DNA of 64,000 bases, from contig OZ243938.1 in the NCBI GenBank assembly GCA_965214095.1, positions 2,272,001 to 2,336,000 of the forward strand, given 5' to 3'. Under the pieces are notes generated by a model. That model made no database searches and was not told where the DNA came from. It was given only the letters and a program-made list of their open reading frames with translations. The translations under genes and the position numbers were made by a program. Positions within the stretch are counted from its first letter, which is position 1; every line of letters begins with the position of its first letter. Below, piece after piece: positions 50,234 to 61,388 of this stretch. This stretch comes from Candidatus Poribacteria bacterium (GTDB lineage: Bacteria; Poribacteria; WGA-4E; WGA-3G).

Positions 50234-50278
50234 TCAGCAATGGATTGAATGATGATGATAGCTGCAAATATATATCAT
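50234..50278 (-). CDS. hisL: Histidine leader peptide MIYICSYHHHSIHC
   Basis: 14-codon uORF with four His codons (CAT CAT CAT...CAT), ending ~210 nt upstream of hisZ-hisG-hisS. Confidence 0.75.
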   Translation of the reverse strand: MIYICSYHHHSIHC

Positions 50279-50350
50279 AATATTTTCGTCTAAAGTTGTA
50301 ATCTTTCTGCAAATTATACTGTTATTATCCGTGAAAGTCAAATTTTAATT

Positions 50351-50453
50351 TATGGTGAAGCATATAACTATATCTACACTTTCTATCAACGGTAGGCGAG
50401 GTTTCCTAACCTCGCCTGATCAATGTGTAGAATTAATTCAATAATTTACCATA
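50351..50453. mobile_element. MITE-like element carrying a REP variant
   Basis: Ends TATGGTGAA / TTTACCATA; internal GGTAGGCGAGGTTTCCTAACCTCGCCT (50391-50417). Confidence 0.6.
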
Positions 50454-50577
50454 GTATGGACTTGCTTATACTACTTACCTGATCGTAAGAGCTCCGTATT
50501 TCCAGAATCTCGGATTTTTGTTGACAATATTTCTGAAATAGTGATACGTTTAACTCAAAACTTATATGGAGAGACAA

Positions 50578-51210
50578 ATGGGATTTCCAGTTTACGACTA
50601 CCGAACAGATGTTAGAAATGTACTTGTTACACCGCAGATTCGCTCGCGGTTTTTAAAAATGGAACCGGGACAGAGTGCGCAACTACATAGCCATGATCTC
50701 GGACACGAAATATTTCTTATCCTTGAAGGACGCGTCGAATTTGAGATTGATGGTGAAACCGAGGAATTAGGTCCAGGACAAATGTGTGTCGCCTTAGTAG
50801 ATCAACCACACAAAGTGCGTGTTCTCGGAGATGAACCGATGACGATGTATCTGTCTGTAACACCCCATATCCACCCGACACATACACCGAGAACAGCGGA
50901 TGGGAAAAGATTGCCTCCCAACTTTGCCCCAGCAAGTGCTTATGATGTTGAACCTGATATGGAGCTAACCATAGAAGAACTGGTTTCTCGACAGATAGAC
51001 ATGTCGCAGCTGCTCGTTGAACTTAGCATCAAATGTGCTGATATTCAAAATGAGATGGGACATCAACTGAAAACTGCTGTTGCCGATGGAGACACACAAG
51101 CAGCCATTGATGCACGCAATGCAATGTGGGAAGCAATTTATCCCATTTACAAGGTCGTTGCTGAATTGGGAGATATTTGGAATGAACTTGCCCCTCGTGT
51201 TTCACAATAA
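50578..51210 (+). CDS. Cupin domain protein
   Basis: HSHDLGHEIFLILEG...PH; helical C-terminal extension. Confidence 0.85.
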   Translation: MGFPVYDYRTDVRNVLVTPQIRSRFLKMEPGQSAQLHSHDLGHEIFLILEGRVEFEIDGETEELGPGQMCVALVDQPHKVRVLGDEPMTMYLSVTPHIHPTHTPRTADGKRLPPNFAPASAYDVEPDMELTIEELVSRQIDMSQLLVELSIKCADIQNEMGHQLKTAVADGDTQAAIDARNAMWEAIYPIYKVVAELGDIWNELAPRVSQ

Positions 51211-51344
51211 TTCTCTTCAACATTTTATGCGTTATTACTTTATAGATGCTCTAACGTGCTTTAAATAGACATTGTTTTTTTTCAAAACTGTTGTTATAAT
51301 AATGTTAATATGGAAATCTGTTAATGATATTAAAGGAGTTCACA

Positions 51345-52490
51345 ATGAAAGATTTTGCTTTTACAGGGGGAAGACCCGACCCATATACATTCCCTACCGA
51401 AGCATTGATTGAAGCAAGCGCAAAGGCACTACGGAAATTAGGAGGACAGTTAGTCAACTATCCAGGGGAATCTGGCTATCGAGGATTACGTGAATTGGCA
51501 TCTATGCGGTTTGAACGGAGAGAAGGTGTACCACTGCCAGTTGATAATACCTCTATTACCTCAGGTTCAATGCAGGCACTTGAATTAGTGTTGGGAACGT
51601 TCATAAAACCGGGAGACACGGTATTAACCGAGGAATTTACCTATAGTGGCACACTCGGAATTATGCGACACCTCAAAGCCAACATTGTCGGTGTACCGAT
51701 GGACTACATTGACGGAATGGATACAGACGCGCTTGAAGACAAATTGAAAGCACTTAAGCGTCAAAATGTCACGCCTTCTCTTATCTATACGACCTCTAAT
51801 CACCAAAACCCAACTGGTGCGATATTGTCGCTTGAAAGACGACACCGTATGCTTGAACTTGCTGAGGAATACGACACGCTCATTGTTGAAGATGACTGCT
51901 ATGGAGATATTGATTTTGTTCCGAATCCAACACCCGCTTCACTCTTTAAGTTAGACACAACAAATCGGGTTATTTTTATTGCAACATTCTCAAAGATTCT
52001 GGGTGCAGGTGTACGTCAAGGTTATTTCGTTGCAAATCAACCCTATTATGGTATGATACATCAAAACCGATGGGATGGTGGCACGAGTGCACTTGCCAGT
52101 GCGATTGTTGCAGAATTTTTCATGGAACATCTTGATGCACATCTTGAAAAGACAAATGCTGCTGTTGGGACAAAGTGTCAAGCCGTGATAGATACCCTTG
52201 AACATCACGTCAGTGATATATGCACGTGGACAAAACCGCGAGGTGGACTTTTCCTATGGATAGATTTACCCGAGACAACCGATATGCAGAAGTTGAGTGA
52301 ATTGGCATCAGCGAAAGGCGTTGGATATAGCAACGGTAGTGCATTCCACTATGCAGGTGATCCAGTCAAAGCAATCCGATTAGCGTATGCGTATTGTCAT
52401 ATAGATGATGTGGCAGAAGGAATTACTTATCTCTCCGAAGCAATTCAAGGAGCACAGGTTGCAACTGTTGATGCGGCTGCAGCTGATTAA
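51345..52490 (+). CDS. PLP-dependent aminotransferase (LysN/MocR-type, no HTH)
   Basis: TSGSMQAL, QNPTG, EDDCY, TFSKILGAGVRQG, PRGGLFLW. Confidence 0.88.
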   Translation: MKDFAFTGGRPDPYTFPTEALIEASAKALRKLGGQLVNYPGESGYRGLRELASMRFERREGVPLPVDNTSITSGSMQALELVLGTFIKPGDTVLTEEFTYSGTLGIMRHLKANIVGVPMDYIDGMDTDALEDKLKALKRQNVTPSLIYTTSNHQNPTGAILSLERRHRMLELAEEYDTLIVEDDCYGDIDFVPNPTPASLFKLDTTNRVIFIATFSKILGAGVRQGYFVANQPYYGMIHQNRWDGGTSALASAIVAEFFMEHLDAHLEKTNAAVGTKCQAVIDTLEHHVSDICTWTKPRGGLFLWIDLPETTDMQKLSELASAKGVGYSNGSAFHYAGDPVKAIRLAYAYCHIDDVAEGITYLSEAIQGAQVATVDAAAAD

Positions 52491-52528
52491 TTTCAACACA
52501 CTGAAAATATAACCTCACGGAGGAGAAT

Positions 52529-53899
52529 TTGCGTAATATCATCCTATTCTCATTAGACACGCTACGTGCATCAAGTATGAGTTGTTATGGACACAAACAC
52601 CTGACAACACCACATCTTGACGCACTTGTATCAAAGGCAACGCTATTTGAAAGTTGCATCAGTCCACATATACCAACTCACCCTGCACATACCACGATGT
52701 TCACTGGCAAAGATGTACTGACACACCAAGTTATAACCCAAGGTGGACAGGTCAATCTATCTGAGAATATTAAAACACTTCCAGAGTTGCTCAGTGAAGC
52801 AGGTTATTTTACAGTGGCAGCAGACAATTTGGGTCGTTGGTTTCAACGCGGTTTTCCAGACAATCAATATCGCGGCTATCAGTGGGAAAGCCGATATCAA
52901 AATGCTCGCAAGGCAGAAGCAGTAAATAATACAGCGATAGAATTGTTAGAACTCGCGCAATCGCAAGATAAACCGTGGTTTGCATTTCTACATTATTGGG
53001 ATCCACATACACCTTATCTGCCACCACTGCCATTTGAACGCATGTTTTATAGTGGAGATGAATGTGATCCAAATAATAGAAGCATGGATGCCGTATACGC
53101 CTGTGAACCGTTTACCGATTATTTTCGTCAGTGGATGTGTAAACCGGACCCTGATGACCCCGATAATATTGAGAAGAAACGGCTATGGACAGACATAAAT
53201 TATGTGAACTCACAATACGATGCTTCAATCGCATATATGGATGCGTCATTGGCACAACTCTTTCAATACCTACAGGACAACGAACTGATGGATGATACGC
53301 TTTTAGTAATTACTGCTGATCACGGTGAGGAACTTGATGAACACGAACTGTGGTACGACCACCACGGCTTGTATCAGACAAATTGCCATATTCCACTGAT
53401 ACTGCACTGTCCGAATGTAATCCCAAAAGGACAACGGCTTGATGGATTAGTTACATTGAAGGATATCGCACCCACTGTGTTGGATTATGCTGGAAAGTCC
53501 ACACTATCAGAACGTGAAAAGATGGAGGGCACAAGTCTACGCAAATTGGTAGAAAATGGAGCCGATGAAGGCTCGTGTGATGCAATTTACCTCACAGAGT
53601 GTGGATGGATGAAAAAACGAGGATGGCAAACACGTAAATGGAAACTAATTGTTGAAACAGGCGGAACACCCGAAGTCTACAACAAACCTGACATTGAACT
53701 CTATGATCTGGAAGAAGACCCCGATGAAATATACAATCTGGCTGAAGAGGCAGAAGATATCGTAACACAACTAAAAAATGAAATGAATGAATACTTAAAA
53801 CGAAGATTGACTGAAACTGGATTGCCAGATCCCACAGATGAACAAGACATTACAATGCGGCGGATAGGAGATAAATCAAAAGCGGTACCACTACCATAA
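52529..53899 (+). CDS. Sulfatase/alkaline-phosphatase superfamily hydrolase (Thr-type motif)
   Basis: DTLRA, PTHPAHTTMFTG, WDPHTPY, TADHGE, ELYDLEEDPDE. Confidence 0.85.
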   Translation: MRNIILFSLDTLRASSMSCYGHKHLTTPHLDALVSKATLFESCISPHIPTHPAHTTMFTGKDVLTHQVITQGGQVNLSENIKTLPELLSEAGYFTVAADNLGRWFQRGFPDNQYRGYQWESRYQNARKAEAVNNTAIELLELAQSQDKPWFAFLHYWDPHTPYLPPLPFERMFYSGDECDPNNRSMDAVYACEPFTDYFRQWMCKPDPDDPDNIEKKRLWTDINYVNSQYDASIAYMDASLAQLFQYLQDNELMDDTLLVITADHGEELDEHELWYDHHGLYQTNCHIPLILHCPNVIPKGQRLDGLVTLKDIAPTVLDYAGKSTLSEREKMEGTSLRKLVENGADEGSCDAIYLTECGWMKKRGWQTRKWKLIVETGGTPEVYNKPDIELYDLEEDPDEIYNLAEEAEDIVTQLKNEMNEYLKRRLTETGLPDPTDEQDITMRRIGDKSKAVPLP

Positions 53900-54007
53900 C
53901 CTAAATTACAACATGATAGGTGAATACACATCGGGGAGACATGTTGTTACGTACTAAGTTGACACCAATGGTGCCAGCTTAAGTCAAGAACACAAAAAGG
54001 AAAAAAG

Positions 54008-55135
54008 ATGAACAATAGGAACCGGACTTTACAAATCAAAAGTAGAGAAATCATTATATTACTTGTTCTCTCCGTAGTAAGCTCTCTAATTATCGGGTGT
54101 GCTGCACTGCAAGAAGCACAAGAGAAAAGAGAGAAACGTATGCAGGAAAAACGTCAGGGAAACCACTTTTTGCTATCTGCGTCTAAGTCAACTATTAATG
54201 TTGATCCGACTCCGGTAGATGACAAACCCCACGGAGAAAGTGACCACTATACATTAAAGTTTGCAGATGATCTGATGGCTTTAGATAATTATGATGAGGC
54301 ATCAGAACGTGAGGTATTTGCAAAAAGTGCACTCGTATATATGGAGAGTCTATATGATTCAATGCATAATATTTTCGGGTTTAAACCTAAACATAAAATC
54401 CACGTGACACTTTACCAATTATTCAGAGGTTCCAATAGGCATGCAATCACTGGAACTCAGTATCGCTACGGGAACAACATTAAATTTGTAACTGGGATTG
54501 AAATGCATTTCCCAATGGATATGTATGAGAAACACGAAGTACGGGTGCATGAATTAACGCATGCATTTACTAATATCTATTTCTTACCTACGTGGTTTAA
54601 CGAAGGTGTCGCTGTATTGATGCAAAAAGAATATGCAAAGGGAGGTATGTTTACTAAATATGACAATCTTGAACTGCATCTGAAGAAGGATCTCAATGGA
54701 ATAAATGAATTAGAAAATTGGGACGGACATGGAGCAGGAGGACCCTTGACGCAGTGGCGATACGCTTATGCTTATAGCGTTGTGTCAGAATTACGAGAAA
54801 AATATGGGAACCAACTTTACATCAAGGTTTTTGAATTAATGGAAAAGGATCAACTACATCAAAAACTGATAGGAGCAATGCCAACAAGTTTTCTCGTCTA
54901 CTATATGAGCCAGGCAGCAGGAAAGGATTTAGTGCCATTTTTTCAGAATTTAAAATTTAATGTACGCAAATTGGAAAAAACAGATATTCTGGAATATATA
55001 AAACAGTTAAATGTTCAAAACACGGGGGACATTGATGTATACAAACAAACTTGGCGACAATCGACATTATTTTTTGATGATATTATTACTTCCGATTTTA
55101 CTTACTGCTTGTGTAGTCAGTCAGCAGTGGAGTGA
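54008..55135 (+). CDS. Lipoprotein with zinc metallopeptidase (gluzincin, MA-like) motif
   Basis: Lipobox IIGC; HELTH...WFNEGVA. The C-terminus is probably read-through. Confidence 0.75.
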   Translation: MNNRNRTLQIKSREIIILLVLSVVSSLIIGCAALQEAQEKREKRMQEKRQGNHFLLSASKSTINVDPTPVDDKPHGESDHYTLKFADDLMALDNYDEASEREVFAKSALVYMESLYDSMHNIFGFKPKHKIHVTLYQLFRGSNRHAITGTQYRYGNNIKFVTGIEMHFPMDMYEKHEVRVHELTHAFTNIYFLPTWFNEGVAVLMQKEYAKGGMFTKYDNLELHLKKDLNGINELENWDGHGAGGPLTQWRYAYAYSVVSELREKYGNQLYIKVFELMEKDQLHQKLIGAMPTSFLVYYMSQAAGKDLVPFFQNLKFNVRKLEKTDILEYIKQLNVQNTGDIDVYKQTWRQSTLFFDDIITSDFTYCLCSQSAVE

Positions 55136-55649
55136 AAACTACGCACTTGTGGACGGTGTTAAGGCAAACGATCCTGTTATTGTCGATGGAAATCTTAATA
55201 CCATTGGACAATCACAGCTGAAAAAGGGATCAGGAAGTTTAGACCTTGACAGATGGCAAAACTCTGAATCTATCATTATATTACCGGAAAAGAAAAAAAT
55301 CTATCGAGTGACAATTCATTCTTCAAATCTGCAAGATTTTCAACTGTTGGCTCTTAATTCACAAGCTGAATGGGATGTGATACATGACCAGCAGCATAAT
55401 AAAGCGAAAGTGATTGATGTCCATCTCAAACGTTCTGTAATAACGGATGGTATCAAATTGCTTGTGCGGGAAACAACTGATGATAAAGCCCGCCGACGTC
55501 AAAATTCCAAGATAGAACGTGAAAATGAAGTGACATCCGATGGCAAAGTCCGCAAAGGTGAATATGTCTATAAAATCACAGGTCCTCAAACGGCTCCAGC
55601 AAAGATTGCAGAGATAAAGTTGTTCGGTTATGCTGATGCAGCACAATAA
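55035..55649 (+). CDS. Hypothetical lipoprotein (galactose-binding-like fold possible)
   Basis: LLTAC lipobox; ENYAL...DGN...AKIAEIKLFG. Confidence 0.65.
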   Translation: MYTNKLGDNRHYFLMILLLPILLTACVVSQQWSENYALVDGVKANDPVIVDGNLNTIGQSQLKKGSGSLDLDRWQNSESIIILPEKKKIYRVTIHSSNLQDFQLLALNSQAEWDVIHDQQHNKAKVIDVHLKRSVITDGIKLLVRETTDDKARRRQNSKIERENEVTSDGKVRKGEYVYKITGPQTAPAKIAEIKLFGYADAAQ

Positions 55650-55657
55650 CATTTGGA

Positions 55658-56845
55658 ATGCAGTCAAATCGTATCCAAAAATTCATCGACAGATATGTCG
55701 GTATTCCAACCGTCTTATTGTTGTTTCTAATAAAGAGGATTTTTTCTTTTCTCAGAAGGACTGTCAAACTCCAAAATCAAGGATTGAGAAATACGAGTGT
55801 AGTCGGTTTCACTTCTGATAATCCTAAGAAAATTCTGTTCATTCAACTCTCCGCATTGGGTGATACAATCTTAGCAATACCTACCGTGCATGCTTTACGG
55901 AAGTATTTTCCGCAAGCAGAAATATCCTTCTTGGCATCACCAACGAATTTGACATATTTACAACATTGTCCATATATTGACAGACAGATTGAGTTCCGGT
56001 ACCCTCTACACCAGATGATTCGGACGCTTCGAAAAGACAGATTTGATTGTGTAATTGATCTGGAGCATTGGTCTCGGTTTAGTGCCATCCTTGCGTATGC
56101 AACTGGAGCACCGCATCTCATGGGTTTCAATGCTGCATGTCAATATAGACACTATCTATTCTCTGACATTGTTCAACATATCCCTGGTAAGCATGAAGTG
56201 CTTAACTTTCTGAGTATTGCGCAGCTGATGCGATGCGATACAGAGGATACAAGTCTTGCGGTTTGGATTGATGAAACAGAACGTGAGTGGTGTCGGAATC
56301 TATTAGCACAGGAACACATTATCCCATCTGATATGCTAATCGTGCTACATCCAGAAGCAGGTCGGCGCGGCGAGCCACGTCGGCGGTGGCTATTGGATCA
56401 CTATGTTGAGTTGATAGACACATTGTCTGTCCGATATGATGCACAAATTGTGCTAACGGGTGCTCCCGATGAAATAGATGTATCGGAATGGATTGATGAG
56501 CGGACGAAGTGTAAAGTAGTCAACCTATCGGGGAAAACGAAGGTAAATCAACTTGCAGCAGTGTTTGCTCGTGCGGATCTGGTGATTAGTGGGAATTGCG
56601 GTCCGATGCATCTCGCTGCAGCTACTGAAACACCTGTCATTGCTATTCACGGACCGACGAATTCTGACCAATGGGGTCCGTGGTCTGATAAGTCAACACG
56701 TCTTGAAGCAACATTGCCATGCAGCCCGTGTCTCAATTTGGGATTTGAGTATGCATGTCAGGCATTACCTGATGGCACATCTCCCTGTATGCAGACTATT
56801 CCAGTGTCCGATGTGCTGAAGGCATGTGAAACGTATTTAGGATAG
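55658..56845 (+). CDS. Glycosyltransferase family 9 (ADP-heptose:LPS heptosyltransferase-like)
   Basis: SALGDTIL, RRW, GPMHLAAA, HGPT, CSPC. Confidence 0.92.
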   Translation: MQSNRIQKFIDRYVGIPTVLLLFLIKRIFSFLRRTVKLQNQGLRNTSVVGFTSDNPKKILFIQLSALGDTILAIPTVHALRKYFPQAEISFLASPTNLTYLQHCPYIDRQIEFRYPLHQMIRTLRKDRFDCVIDLEHWSRFSAILAYATGAPHLMGFNAACQYRHYLFSDIVQHIPGKHEVLNFLSIAQLMRCDTEDTSLAVWIDETEREWCRNLLAQEHIIPSDMLIVLHPEAGRRGEPRRRWLLDHYVELIDTLSVRYDAQIVLTGAPDEIDVSEWIDERTKCKVVNLSGKTKVNQLAAVFARADLVISGNCGPMHLAAATETPVIAIHGPTNSDQWGPWSDKSTRLEATLPCSPCLNLGFEYACQALPDGTSPCMQTIPVSDVLKACETYLG

Positions 56846-56863
56846 ATAATATTGCATGAGGTT

Positions 56864-57001
56864 TATAGTGAAATGTAAAAATACGTACACACTCCACGGT
56901 AGATGCGGTTTCCTAACCGCATCTATGAGACTGAACTAACACTGGTTCGGTTAGGAAACCGAACCTACCGTCGTGTATAAATAATTATGGTTTTTACTAT
57001 A
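56864..57001. mobile_element. MITE-like element carrying an inverted REP pair
   Basis: Ends TATAGTGAAA / TTTTACTATA; REPs at 56898-56925 and 56944-56969. Confidence 0.72.
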
Positions 57002-57008
57002 ATTGACC

Positions 57009-57052
57009 AAAAAAAGCAATCGGACTGATGTTCAATCTGTCCGATTGCTTTT
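57009..57052 (-). terminator. Bidirectional Rho-independent terminator (groL / GT9)
   Basis: AAAAGCAATCGGAC...GTCCGATTGCTTTT with flanking A/T tracts. Confidence 0.85.
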
Positions 57053-57120
57053 CAAGTCTGTTCTCATAAACTTTATAGGCAGAATAGATCTGCTTTATGT
57101 TTATGCGATGATTTCTATGA

Positions 57121-58758
<1,638 letters not shown>

Positions 58759-58766
58759 TTATTTAC

Positions 58767-59057
58767 TTAGTTAACCTTGGCTAAGATATCATCTTCGCGC
58801 AAGATGAGAAATTCAATGTTATCGTAGGTTACTTCGGTACCGCCATATTTTGCGAACAGGACTTTATCGCCGATTTCAACATCAACAGCCTGTCGTTCTC
58901 CACTATCAAGGATGCGACCTTTTCCGACCGCAACGACTTCGCCTTCTTGAGGCTTTTCTTTGGCTGTGTCGGGGATGATAATCCCGCCACTGGTTTTCTG
59001 TTCATCCTCTTCGGAACGTTTTACGAGGATTCGATCACCAAGGGGTATAAGTGCCAT
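58767..59057 (-). CDS. groS: Co-chaperonin GroES
   Basis: [25 protein letters not shown]. Confidence 0.99.
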   Translation of the reverse strand: MALIPLGDRILVKRSEEDEQKTSGGIIIPDTAKEKPQEGEVVAVGKGRILDSGERQAVDVEIGDKVLFAKYGGTEVTYDNIEFLILREDDILAKVN

Positions 59058-59158
59058 ATTGATTCACTCCTCCTAAATGAATTGTGAACGTAACTATGAG
59101 TTTTGTTAGACAAAACTTGTTTAGATATTTCTATACATTTCTATACGCTAAACAATAT

Positions 59159-59175
59159 AGCAAGATATGTGCCAA
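59159..59175 (-). promoter_or_regulatory. Sigma-54 (-24/-12) promoter of groESL
   Basis: Minus strand TTGGCACATATCTTGCT matches TGGCAC-N5-TTGC. Confidence 0.8.
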
Positions 59176-59242
59176 TTCGCGAAATAGTAGGTGGACTCTC
59201 AATTGGTGGGTTTTATTGAAGATTCTATCCTATCCGAAATCG

Positions 59243-59296
59243 TGACAATTTGTCCACTCCTATTAATATTTGATTGGTAAACGTGTCATTTTGACA
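59243..59296. promoter_or_regulatory. Candidate enhancer (UAS) palindromes
   Basis: GACAATTTGTC (59244-59254) and TGTCATTTTGACA (59284-59296), 70-120 bp upstream of the -24 box. Confidence 0.5.
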
Positions 59297-59342
59297 TAGT
59301 TGAATTGTCGTTATCTGAAACAACAATAAGATGTACGAGTCG

Positions 59343-60329
59343 TTATGCGCATTTGATAACCTGTCCGGTTTTGGCAGATCGGTATGCTGCATCTATAATT
59401 ATATTTGCACTCAAACCGTCGTTGCCACTTGCAAGTGGCGACATACGTGAAGTGACACATTCTGTGAAATGCTCAAATTGGAGTTGATATAGGTCTTCGA
59501 ATTCTGATGCAATGACCTCTTTTTCTCCATCAAAGCTTGTATGGATTTTCCAACCGTCATCGTTTAGAACGGTTACTGTTCCCTCTGTGCCGTAAAGTTC
59601 AAGAACGATGTCGCACTGTGCTGCTGAGAAACTGAGATCTGTGAAGGCTTGTGCGCCATTCTGAAACCGCATTAAGATACCACCCGTTTCTTCTACCTCA
59701 TAGTTATAGATAGGACTGCCACAAAATGCCGTCACTTCTGCAACTTCACCAATGAGATAACGTAACATATCAACGCTGTGGGGTCCCAAGTCCATCATAC
59801 ATCCACCGCCACCTTGTTCTGGTATTGCGCGCCATTCGTCAGCAGCTAATAGATATTTTTTAAGGAATGGCATCCTACCGTGGACTATATGTCCAAGACG
59901 ATTTGTTTCAACCCACGCTTTTATCTGTTGAAAGCAGGAGTGGAATCGGAAAAGGAAACAGACCTGTAAATGAACGTCATTGGCATCGCAAGCTGCGATC
60001 ATCTTTTCGCATTCTTGGGGATTGAGAGCCATCGGTTTGTCGCATAAAATATGTAGTCCGCGTTCTGCGGCGGCAACGACTTGTTCACAGTGCAGATTGA
60101 CAGGCGTTGAGATGTAGATTGCATCAAGGTCAGTGTCGGCGAGTAAGTCGTCTACACTGCTGTATGCTTTTGTAGCATCATGTTCATCAGCCAGTTTTTG
60201 CGCGCGCGTTGCATCTCGTGAAAAAAGGGCATGTAGTTTTGCACCTGTAGCTTTTTGGATCGCCGGCATTGCACGGCGTTGTGCAACACTGCCAGCACCG
60301 AGAACACCCCATTTTAATGTCATTTGCAT
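59343..60329 (-). CDS. Gfo/Idh/MocA oxidoreductase
   Basis: WGVLGAGSVA, STPVNLH, CDKPMA, GGGCMMDLGPH. Confidence 0.9.
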   Translation of the reverse strand: MQMTLKWGVLGAGSVAQRRAMPAIQKATGAKLHALFSRDATRAQKLADEHDATKAYSSVDDLLADTDLDAIYISTPVNLHCEQVVAAAERGLHILCDKPMALNPQECEKMIAACDANDVHLQVCFLFRFHSCFQQIKAWVETNRLGHIVHGRMPFLKKYLLAADEWRAIPEQGGGGCMMDLGPHSVDMLRYLIGEVAEVTAFCGSPIYNYEVEETGGILMRFQNGAQAFTDLSFSAAQCDIVLELYGTEGTVTVLNDDGWKIHTSFDGEKEVIASEFEDLYQLQFEHFTECVTSRMSPLASGNDGLSANIIIDAAYRSAKTGQVIKCA

Positions 60330-60404
60330 TACTCCGTTATTGATAGTTATTTGTCTAAACTAGTGTTTTGTCTACACTAACATTGTGGGTATGTAAAAAA
60401 TACT

Positions 60405-61229
60405 TTAGCCAATTAATAGATGTATACCAGTTGCGAACAGGACGATTAGGACAATTCTGGAGAAATTGCGTTCTGAAAAACGACTGTTTAGGTATACACC
60501 AACCTGCACACCGAGTGCAACAAACGGGAGAAGTACCAATGCCTCAATAATGATATCCCAAGAAAATAATCCGAGTTGGTAATAAGCAGGAATCTTTGTT
60601 AGATTGATAAAAAAGTAAAGTAGTGTTGTTGTTCCTACGAATGTGCGATTGCCTAATCTTTGTGGTAGAAGATACATGATGATTACAGGACCAGCCATGT
60701 GCGCGAGTGTTGAGAAAATCCCTCCGAGCGTGCCTAATAACACACCGTGCCAGGCTTTAAATTCTAATGCAGGTGTTTCATCAGTGGCATCTGGATTTAA
60801 GTGTTTTGTTATTCTTCCCCGTAGAAATTCTATGACAGCAAACAGACAAGCAATCCCACCGATTATCTTCTTAAGTTGTACATCAGTTAAGTCTTTTAGG
60901 ATGAGACTTGCAAGGACAATGCCAACGATTGCACCGGGAATCAGTCTCCAAATGCTTTGACGATGCCACTGTTTCCAGTAGTGTCCCAGCGAGATAATAT
61001 CTGTTGAGAAGAGTAAGAGTAGCATGAACGGAAGCACATTACGAGGAGACCGGAATTCTGTGAAGAGTGGTACGACTATCATACCGATTCCGCCACCGAA
61101 GCCTGCTTTGCTTACACCCGTTAACCATGTTCCAAAACAAAAAATTATGATTTCGTAGATATAGATTTCTCCTGATTGTACTTTTTCTATAGTGCCGTTT
61201 ATGATAACGGATTGTGATGGATTTGTCAA
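60405..61229 (-). CDS. Sulfite exporter TauE/SafE family membrane protein (start uncertain)
   Basis: GVSKAGFGGG, STLAHMAGP, KIPAY; about 8 TM segments. Confidence 0.85.
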   Translation of the reverse strand: MTNPSQSVIINGTIEKVQSGEIYIYEIIIFCFGTWLTGVSKAGFGGGIGMIVVPLFTEFRSPRNVLPFMLLLLFSTDIISLGHYWKQWHRQSIWRLIPGAIVGIVLASLILKDLTDVQLKKIIGGIACLFAVIEFLRGRITKHLNPDATDETPALEFKAWHGVLLGTLGGIFSTLAHMAGPVIIMYLLPQRLGNRTFVGTTTLLYFFINLTKIPAYYQLGLFSWDIIIEALVLLPFVALGVQVGVYLNSRFSERNFSRIVLIVLFATGIHLLIG

Positions 61230-61254
61230 GATGGAATTGGTTCCTGTCAGGTGT

Positions 61255-61300
61255 ATTCAATTGTCAAAATTCAGAAAACACAGAATCTTGACAATTGAAT
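61255..61300. promoter_or_regulatory. Inverted repeat in the divergent promoter region
   Basis: ATTCAATTGTCAA...TTGACAATTGAAT, 13-bp perfect arms. Confidence 0.5.
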
Positions 61301-61326
61301 GCCTTTGGAATAAATCCCAATTAATA

Positions 61327-61355
61327 TTGACAATAATTTGAAAATTTGTTACACT
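61327..61355 (+). promoter_or_regulatory. Sigma-70-type promoter
   Basis: TTGACA-17 bp-TACACT. Confidence 0.6.
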
Positions 61356-61388
61356 AAAACAAGTGAAATCAACTATTTGAGGATATAT

